This document shows positions 39,567 through 49,383 of a stretch of 64,000 nucleotides of DNA, piece by piece. Both the position numbers and the translations under genes were made by a program. Under the pieces are notes generated by a model that made no database searches, was not told where the DNA came from, and saw only the letters and a program-made list of their open reading frames with translations. The first letter of the stretch is position 1, and each line of letters opens with the position of its first letter. Source of the DNA: Monocercomonoides exilis PA203 (lineage: Eukaryota > Protista > Preaxostyla); the NCBI GenBank assembly GCA_001643675.2, contig LSRY02000016.1, positions 558,001 through 622,000 of the forward strand, read 5' to 3'.

Positions 39567-40372
39567 CACCAAAAATAATTCAAATTCGAAAAAGAATAAT
39601 TCAATTTTGGAATTAATATTTCAATTTCGAAAATTAATAATTCAAATTCGGAAATTAATAATTCAATTTCGTTATTTATTAATTCGATTTCGAAAAAGAA
39701 TAATTCGATTTCGAAACGTATATTTTTTTGATTTGTGGAATGAATTTCTTGTGTTTGGGGTTTTAAATTCTTTAAATAATAATCTCATCAGCAAATTTTG
39801 TTTGTCAATGTTTGAAAATTGATGAATTTTCATTAAAGATTTTTTTATTCATTTAGAATGAAAATATTTAAATTGAAGTTAATTTGAAAAGGAAATAAAT
39901 ACATTTTCATGTTTTAAACCGATATTATTCAAAAATTTGCCAATGAAACAATCACATTATTGTGAAGAAATAATTCAATAATCGTGATTAAATTTTTTTA
40001 AATTTTTATTTGGTTATTCAACAGAATGAATTTTTATTAAATTATTATTATTTGAGTGATGATTTTCGAAAATGAAAAAATTTTTTTAAAAAATTGATTT
40101 ATTGATTGTTGCAATAAAAAAACAGTTCTCTATGAGTAATAAAATTAAATTGGTTAAAAAATAACTTGAACATTTCTGAAATCCATTTTTGAGAAAAATA
40201 AAAAATTGCTGATAATAATGAATTTCGAATTCGCATTATTAATTTTCGATTTTGAATTTTTTTTTTTTCGAAGTTGAAATATTAATTCCGAATTCGAATT
40301 ATTAATTTTCGAAATTGAATTATTAATTACGTAATTGAATTATTCTTGTTCGAATTAGAATTATTTTTGGTG
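39567..40372. mobile_element. Element C: CACC..GGTG termini with inverted arms built of ~21-bp tandem subrepeats
   Basis: Termini caccaaaaataattc / gaattatttttggtg. About 7 copies of aataattcaa(a/t)ttcgaaaa(tt/ag) at 39574-39718 and their reverse complement at ~40215-40365. Confidence 0.7.
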
Positions 40373-40869
40373 TAACATTTAATAAAATCTTGATTTATGT
40401 AAGAAATCTTTTTTTTCAAAAGACCTTTAGGTTTTTGGCATTGTTGTTTGTTAACATCAAAAAGCTGAAAAAGCATTTCATCACCTTTTCCATGCTTATA
40501 GAGAATATAAACATTTGGGTGATTTTTTTTGAAATCATAAAAAAAGATCAAAAACCAGAAAAATAAATTCTATAGTGGTATATATTGATCAAAAAGTTTT
40601 ATTGATAATTCGCTTGTTTTTTGCACTTTATTTCTTAAATGTGTATTTGTTTTATTTATTAATATGAAAAAAAGCATACCTTTTGATTTTTTTGTGAATA
40701 TGAATATTTTGATTTAGTTTTTTTTAAAATAATTGCAGAAAATATATAAATCGAACTTCAAAAAAAGTTGTAAATTAATAATTGGCAAATTTAAACATTG
40801 AAAAGAGAAAGATCATTAAGAAGAACAGAAAAGATGATAACAAAACAAAAATATTGGAATCAATCAAAC

Positions 40870-41155
40870 AATAATAGTTATTTTTCTCGTTTTCCACTTT
40901 TCTTTGTATAGCCGATAAATCTCCATTTTTTCATTTGATTCAGAAGCTTCATCAAACGTGAACAGATATAGTGGTGCATGGGATAAATCCAAGTTCAATA
41001 TTTGGCTCCTCCTCATCAACCAGAATAAAATTGATTTCAGCAATGGGACCGATGCTGATGTCTGTGGAAGAGAAGGACAGATCCCATGTGAAACCATTGA
41101 ATACACCTTTTATGGCTTCGTTTCCTTCCTCAGTTCAATATTTGTTCCAACTTAA
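40870..41155 (+). pseudogene. Remnant of a secreted/surface-protein gene
   Basis: Hydrophobic leader 'IIVIFLVFHFSLYSR*' with an in-frame stop, then 'NGTDADVCGREGQIPCETIEY', a GxDxxxCGxxxxPCxTI motif typical of beta-helix surface proteins. Terminates immediately. Confidence 0.45.
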
Positions 41156-41649
41156 ACACTCACATTCAGCTCCAATGGTACCATAATCACTTATAACAAT
41201 GAATTTTTTAGATTTCCTCATAGTTTCTTTAATCATTTCTTTTATTAATTTTTGATAATTTTCAAATCGTTGAAATATTCATGAACTTTCATCGACTTAA
41301 CTAATTGGTGCATGTTCCATCACTTGCTTTTAAAAACCCTTGACGTCCACTCAAAAACATATATCTCTTTAATGTTTCCTCTCCCATTTTATCTTCAGCG
41401 ACTTATTGAAGGCATGTGGCCTTGTGAAATCTCTCAAAAACCATTACTGCAACTGTTTGTTCAAAGAAATCTTTTCCACTCGCTCTTTCAATTTTAGGTG
41501 CATTCTTCAGCTTCCAAATGCAAATGGTAAAATCTATCTCTCCTTTTAATCACCCGCTTGGCGGTCTGCTTTTCTCGGATAAACATTGAATTTCTTCGAT
41601 TTCCATAAACTTAAGATGATATTCAGTGATTGAATGAAGATTCACTCTG

Positions 41650-44340
41650 CGACCATGAACAGAAATGAAAGATGAGAAACAATGTCGAATTCGAGGGGAG
41701 TCGAATAAAAGAGAAGGAGAAGAAGTTACTGCATGCAGTGAAAGTAGAGAAAGTGAGCCAGGAGAAGCAGAATTAGCAGAAAATGGATGTACAGCTTGAG
41801 ATAAGAGGGAAGGAGAAGATTGTTATTGGACGTTCATGAACAAGGACGAATTTACAAGTGATAAAGTGCAATGAGAAAGAGGAAGAAGAGCAATGTTTGT
41901 ATTTGCAGCAAAATCAGCATTAGAATCAAAAGGTACAACCAAATTGAGGGCAGGGTATTTCTTCATTAAATCCATTGCCGTTGAATTTTGCAAAGCCGAG
42001 AAAGGTGCTAACTTTGAGAACGAAAGCGAAGAAAACAGCTTAGACAGAGCATCTCTTCTTCCAGGAACACTGCTCTGATTGAATGTTCAAATCCCTTTCT
42101 CCTTCTGAAACAGCAGAGGCGATCCTTTTCCTGCACCTTTCCTTCCCTTTCTGTGTGTCACTTCTGCTTCCTCTTTGAATGGTAACCAGCCCCTCCACTT
42201 CATCCCCATTCCTCTTCTCAACTCCGCCCTGCTCTGCCTCAGCCCGCTCTTCAGCGCACTCATCAGATCCAACCGCGTTCTTGTCTGCCTCGCGTCGACT
42301 GCTACATACACAGGCACTTTTCGCATCCTCCACACAAATTGCCCATTTTCCTCGCTTTTGATACGCACATAACGGCAGGGCACATCCAGTTCATCGCTCA
42401 AATCTTCCAGGTCAGAATTCGCTAAATCATTCAGCATGCAGTCCAATTTCCGCTCTCTTGTCAAAATTGGCGTTTGGCTTTCTTTCGCCTCTTGTTGCGC
42501 CTCGCTTGCCATTTTGTTCACCTTCTGGTTAATCGGTGTACCAGTCTCACGGAATAGAAGAAGTATTCCTTGGATACTGCTGAACAAATTCTTGTCTTTT
42601 TCCTCTATCTCCTCCTCTCTTTCTCTTATTTCTCATTCCTCTTTTTCTGTATTTCCTGTTGTTTCATCAGCCGAAGCAGGTTTTCTCTTTGATCATCAGA
42701 TTCCAATGAATTAAACGTGATCTTCGCTTCTTCATCGTCCACTTTCACTTTCTCTTTCTGAAATTCATCTTGTATCGCCCTTGTCACTTCTTTGTTCAAA
42801 TCCTTCATCCCCATCACACCCAACGTCGCACCTCCTCCTCCTCCTCCAATTCCTCCTCCTCCAATATCAGGTGACAGCGGAGTTAAAGGTGCGCCAACAG
42901 CTCCTCTTCCCATCTCCATCTCTTTGCTGTACACAATCAACGCTCTCCCTCCGACTCCTCTCCATCCGCCGTCCATTCGTTTCCCTCGTGGAAAGTATAT
43001 CGTTCAAAAGGCCCCTCGTCCTGAAGTATATTGTTTATGTTGTGGAGAAGGAGAAGGAGAAGGTGGGGGAGAGGGAGTTGTTTTTGCTGCTTTTCCGATG
43101 AAAAAGGCTCGGACTTTGGCTCATTGGAACGTATTTCGTCTTTTCTGCCGTTTCTTATTGATTCTTAGGTGTTTGTATTCTTTTCTGCTTCCGTTTGATT
43201 ATCTTTGCTTTTCAAACAACTTCTTTGAGGTTGTTCATTGAATCCTCCAAAATCACTTTTTGATTTTCGTCTTTTCCTTCATCTGTATTGTCTTCAACTT
43301 CTTCCTTTTCTCAAGGTTCTTCGTATACCGCTCCACCATCCGAAACTCTGCAAACAACGGCAGCGCCTCAAACGCATCTGGTGACAGAACAAAATATTGT
43401 CTTTTCCTTCTTCTTCCGAACTGCTGCCTCATCCTCCTCATCTGCTGCTCTTCGCCTGTCAGAAATCTGTTTCTAGAAGAGCGAAGCAACGAGGAAGAAG
43501 AAAATAGTGAAGAGGGCGATGGCCTTGGGGCTACTTCTACTTGTGCACAATGGTTGAGATAGCATTAGCGGAGGAGAGTGTACATTGCTCTTATGCGGCG
43601 AGCCATTGCAATCTCAGAGCGATATGGTGATCAAGGGTGGAGAGAGAGATAGGTCATTGCTGGAGAAGATGTGGATGAAGAGGAGGAAGAGGAAGGTAAA
43701 TGAGAAGGTAATAGCCGATGAAGTGAAAGCAAGGAATCATTGGTCAAAGTCGGAGATGCGCCTGTACAAATTCCAGCAATTGAATGAATCAAAGATGTTT
43801 GTGAAGTATTTTGATTATTTTTTCTTTTGTCTTTGTATTCCAGGGACATAAAATGAATTTTGAAGAGTTGCTTCTTGTGGCGGAAGGTTCACAGGAAGAG
43901 GCAGATACAGCGCATGTTTTCTTTTGAAGTCTTCGATGATTTCGTCCATTTCTGCTTTTTCGGCTCCTTCTTGTGATGAATTCACTTCTAACTGTTCGTA
44001 AAAAGAGGAAGATGAAGATGACAAGTTTTCTAATTTTTCTATCTCGAAGAATTTGACTATTGCTGTTTTTGATGATTACGTTGAAAAAGAAGAAGAAGAA
44101 GAAGAAGAAGTCAAAGAATTTGGAGAAGGTGAGGAAGAAGGAAATGATGAAGAAGGAAATGAAGAAAGTGAAGAAGATGAAAGGACGATGAAAATGAAAA
44201 TTTTTAGTGATTGATAAATCCATGAATAATGTAAAAAATTCCAAGGAATAAGAAGGGAGGTTCCATGTGATGTTTTTTTCCGAATGAAACATTTCATTTA
44301 ACAAGTTAACTTCGCAACGAGACAAAAACCCAAATTGCAA
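41650..44340 (-). pseudogene. Fragmented Ser/Glu-rich gene, probable pseudogene
   Basis: Coding-like, relatively GC-rich sequence broken into short minus-strand ORFs in different frames (43789-44340, 43815-44024, 43253-43489, 42626-42976, 42087-42587) without AT-rich introns between them. Confidence 0.5.
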
Positions 44341-46248
44341 ATATTTTTGCTGATATTCTGTAATTAATCAATAAAGCTTGATTTCTTCAAATCAACTCAC
44401 TTTCTTTTGTGATTTCCTCTCACATCCCCCTCTTTAATAGAAAATGAAAGAATCTCTCAGCTTTTTTTTCCTTTGTTATTTTCCTCTTCAATTCAACCCA
44501 CAAAATCATCAGAAAATATCAATCCCTTCCTTTTCTTCATCTTTCCCATTCTCTTCCAAAAAATCTTTTCTTCTTAAAAAAAAACCCTTCTTTCAAGTCT
44601 TTCAACATTTCTCAGTTTTCCTCTTCTGTCCCGCTTTTGCCCTCTTTTCTTTCTTTTCAAAATCCATTTTTCCAATCAACAACAAACACATCCCTCATAA
44701 TCTCCAATCACTTCTCTATATATTTACTATATTATCTTCTCCAAATCTCCACCCACTCTTCCCCACCCCTTTGTCTTAGAATTTCTTTCATTCAAAAACC
44801 CCTCTCGAAACATTAACATTCCAAAAAATACTCAACTCCCACCCTCTTACACAAATAACACACTTCCATCTCTTCTCTGCCCCATATCCCTCCTGTGCTT
44901 GGAGTTGATGAGATAAACCTCAAATATTGATTTGTGTATTTGAAAATATTATAAAAGGAGATGATCATGCCAAAAACAGAAAAAACACATCTGCACATTT
45001 ACAGCGCTGTGGGTGAGCTGAAAAGACCCTCCAGTGAGATATACAATGTATTTTGTGGAGGAGGCTGCGATGTTGTAATTTGACCTTTCTGAGACTGAAA
45101 TAAAGAGATTGATTTATTTTTGGAATGATGATGGCTGTGGAAATGAGTGTGCTTGGCGAAAAACGGTCAAAGCTCAGTTTGGTATTTATTTATTTTTCTT
45201 TATATGAATATTTATCTGTTGACTGTTTTTGTGTTGTTTTCATGGCAGGAGGCGGAAAGGAATGAAAATGAATGAAATGTTTATATTTCGTTATGCAGGG
45301 TGGCTATCGAGTTGGGAGAGCGAATTCATATGGAAAGTGCACATGGTTGAGAGATCTGGATGGAAATGAGATGTCAAATTCTTGGAAAAAGGAGTTTCTG
45401 GATGATAACCGTGAAATTGACAAGAAACAAAAATTTTGCATTTTTCGAAAGAGGAAGATAACAAAACAGTTGAAAGAGAAGCGAACTTAGCTGATTTGAT
45501 TTTTATAACTATTAATTGTCGAAAATTGACGATTTCAATAAATATTTTTCGATTTCAACCAATCTTATTTTTTTTTCATTTTCAATCACATTATTTAACA
45601 AATTTTTTTTAAAAAATTGATTGATTCCGTATTATTTTTATTGTTTTCATGTTTTATTAACAATTAAGCAAGTGTCTTGTTCTATTTATTTAAGTTTTGA
45701 TATTTTCAAACAATTTTTTCACTTTTTTTTCAAAATCTGTGAAAAAAACTATTAAAATCAAATTAAAATCAACAAATAATTAATAATAATGATCATTTAA
45801 AGTTCAATTTCATGAAATTTCAAATAAAAATTCTCTTATCTACCCCACCCTTAATGAAAATTTTTTATGATCAAACGTCGGAATTTTTTATGATATCAAA
45901 AAAAATCACCCATTTGAAAATTCTTTTTTTGCACCTTTATCAGCGGTTAAATTTAAAGAATTCAACCACAATAAATATATTCAACAACTTGAAGACGTTT
46001 TGATATTGTTATGAAACTTTGGAAATGTAAAAACTTTTGAAAAAAAGAAAAATTGTTTTGTTAATTATAAATGAAATAATGCAGTATTTTTCTTTTCTTT
46101 AATCAAGCGTGTGTAACGCAATATCAGTGAAGAACAAAAGGCGATGCGGAATGAGAATTTGTTTAATAAAAATTTCAACAAAATCTTGATCAAATTAGAA
46201 ACCATTATTTAACAATTCAATCATATCTTTTTTATTGCATAGTTAGAA

Positions 46249-47391
46249 ATGGCTCAAGAATATGTAAGATATTTATTGATTTTTTAAAACGCACGAGCAT
46301 TGCGGATTTTCTTTTATGAATATTTTACGTTAACATTGAATTTTCATTTAGGATTACATATTTAAACTTCTGCTTATTGGCAATAGTGGAGTAGGAAAAT
46401 CTTGCCTTCTTTTACGGTTTTCCGTGTGCACGGAATTATTATTTGGAATTTTGCTTCAATTATTATTGTTTTTGCTTCATTTTTTCCTTCAGGATGACAC
46501 TTTTTCTCCGACTTATGTTGCTTCAATTGGAGTGGATTTTGTGTGTTTTTTTATATCTTTCTTGTAATAATTCATATTTATTTCGATAATTCGTTAAAAT
46601 ATTTCAACATAACGAAAACAATAGAAAATAAGGACAATTTCCATTGGAGGAAAAACTATCAAATTACACTTGGTTTTTATAACTTTTTTGTTTTATTGTT
46701 TATGTTCATAACAATGCATGCAATTTAGTGGGATACTGCTGGTCAAGATCGTTTTAGAACGATTATTTCTCAATATTACAGAGGAGCAAATGGAATTATA
46801 ATTGTTTATGATGTGACGAATAGAGACTCGTTCAATTCCATACAGTCTTGGCTGAACGAAATAGAAACATTTGGGTGCGAAAAAGTGTCCCGCCTCATTG
46901 TTGGAAACAAATCAGATCTTAATTCAAAGAGAGTGATTCCTTTTACACTTGGAAAGGTGGGTTCTTCATTAAATACCAATATTTTCAAAGATATTTTAAA
47001 ATAATTGTATTTAATATCATCAAATACATTCTTCTTCTTCTTCTTATTTTGTTTTTTTTCTTTTGTTGTTTATAGCAACTTGCTGATTCTGTGGGTATTC
47101 CATTTTTGGAAACTTCAGCAAAGACTTCCATGAATGTTGAAGCTGCATTTGAAACGTTTGCTATTTATATTTAATGTTTTATTTCACATTTTCCGCTTGA
47201 AAAAACAAACACATATATTTTTGCAATATCATCTGTTCTATTGCTTTCTTTATGTCTGATTGCACATCAGAATGGTTGAGGAAGTGATGAAAGTTTATGT
47301 AACACCAGAAGAAGATAGAAACACTGTTAAACCAGAAAAGCCCCCTGAAGACCTTGGTGAGAACAGTACTTCAGGAGGCTGCTCATGCTAA
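46249..47391 (+). CDS. RAB1: Rab1-like small GTPase (divergent paralog), 7 exons
   Basis: Exons 46249-46263, 46352-46423, 46493-46540, 46625-46672, 46729-46956, 47076-47155, 47271-47391. Protein: [84 protein letters not shown]. Confidence 0.9.
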
Positions 47392-48246
47392 GTGCAAATA
47401 GCAGCAGACATAAGTTAAGTTTGTTTGCATCTTTGCAAAAATGTTGATTGAGATAAAAGGACTGATTATTTTTTATGTAACTTTTTTTAGATGAAAATTC
47501 AGTCATTTTTTAACAAATCAAAGGATATTTCAGCATTGCAATGAAAAGTGTGAGCTTCTTTCAAAAACTTTTCATTCTATTTTCTTTTCTTTAATTTAGA
47601 AAAATTCAAATATACATAAACTTTCTTATTCACTTTGCGCTTTTTGGAATGTGTTAATCTTTTTGACTCTTTCTGCATGCTATTTGATGCATCTCTTACA
47701 TTTTCTTCATGTGTCTATCCTTTTTCTCCATTCTTCACACAGTTTATTGAAGCAATCCTTTTTTTATCTCGTTTTGATTTTTAGAGAAGTTATTTACAAC
47801 ACTTCAAAACTTTCTTGTCACTCTTTCCAGAATTTGATGTTTGGGATATTATTGATTTTCTTTTTTTCGAGTTGCTTTCGCTTTCTTTTCTCGTAAATAA
47901 AAAATTCAAAAATGTCATAAAAGAATCCATTTTTTAAATTCAAAGTGAATATTTTTCTTCAAAAAAGAAAGAAACGATGCTTGTGCGTTGATATGATTAT
48001 CTTGAAAATACACAAAAATTTACTCAATTTCAATTATTAAATAAAAAAATAGTGAAAAAGGGGTTAAAAAATCTGCAACTTTTATTTCTAGGAATAATCT
48101 GCAAAACAATATCAACGTAATAAAAAAAAGTGATGATTACGTCAACGAATTATTTGCTTGTAAAATTCTTCTTCAAACAATGAACACATCTATAAAAGAT
48201 AAATTTTATTTATCATTTGCAGATAAGTATTTTTCTCAATTGTTTT

Positions 48247-49291
48247 TTACTCTTGTGATTGATCATTTTCTTGTTCAGAAGGTTGCTCTTGAACTGGCTC
48301 ATTGTTTGGAATCTGTTCTTCTGAAACAGAATCATATGAAGATGCAACAACTCCACCTGCAATCCATTTAACTTCCACAGGTTCGTTGTGCAAGCTCAGA
48401 GGAGATGTACATTCCACAAGTTGCTTCACCTCCACTTCAGACCCAGGTTCCATAAAGGAAGCCTAATTTAAACAAAAAACAAAACGAGAAAATATTTAAA
48501 AAAATTTGAGTTATAAATATTAATTATCATACGCAGAAACGAATTGAATGAGGCAATCCAGAAACGAGAACTGGCTGCACAACTGAATTATGATAGAATC
48601 TTGCAACACTTGGAGATGAAGTCATATCAACTTCCACTGCAACAACGTCTCCATCTTTCCAATCTTCGCATCCAGCTGTTGCAACTTCATCAACAAACAC
48701 GTTACCACTTAAAAAATTATTTAAATAAAAATGAAATATTAATAAATAATTAATTGAAAAAAGAAAACATACTTGATCCCACTATATCCCACGCTAACTG
48801 TTTTCATATATTTATGTTGTATTTTAAAAAAATTCAAAAATTTGAAATAATAATTAATCATACTCTTGCTAGAGCCAGGCGAATAAAACGAAGGAACATC
48901 AGCCTCTGCATCAACAATACCAATGACTATTATATTATAAAACAATACGTGTGAAATTAATTAGGAATAAAAAATCCGTACATCTATCGACATTTGAAGA
49001 TGAAAAAACAAATTCACAGCGCCAGATTCCAGAGCTTATTATTTTGTTAACGCAAATAGTAGATGAATTTATTTTCGTATGCGCAATAACTTTATTTTTG
49101 TCAACAGTGAGGATATCAGCGTTTGGCAACAAAAAGTCGATGTCTGCGGAGACATCAACATTTACAACTTGTTTTGTAGATGAACCATTTCCTTCATCAA
49201 CTTTTAGTTCAGAAATATTAGAAAAATCGAAAAGCATAAAGAGAAAAAATAAATTCGAACCTTTTTGCTTCTTTGAACAGCAACAACCCAT
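48247..49291 (-). CDS. Dually acylated (MGCCCS) SPRY/B30.2-like protein, multi-exon
   Basis: N-terminal MGCCCSKKQK. 'STICVNKIISSGIWRCEF', 'IGIVDA', 'SVGYSG' form a SPRY-like pattern; last exon is ORF 48247-48453. Confidence 0.7.
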
Positions 49292-49383
49292 TCGGCAGTT
49301 GAAAAATAATTAACAATGGGCTTTGTGATCGTCTGGTACATAATTAGCTAGAATATTGGGCTACCCATTAAAAAAATTGAAAA

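Noticed and set aside
39574-39718. 21-bp repeats as a CRISPR array, and ORF 39607-39822
   Set aside because: Repeats are contiguous without unique spacers, mirrored at 40215-40365, in a eukaryotic context with no cas genes. The ORF is a by-product of the repeat.
42792-43241. Poly-proline ORF suggesting a formin FH1 or WASP-like protein
   Set aside because: No FH2 or WH2 domain follows; it is the antisense of a Gly-rich stretch in the fragmented minus-strand gene.
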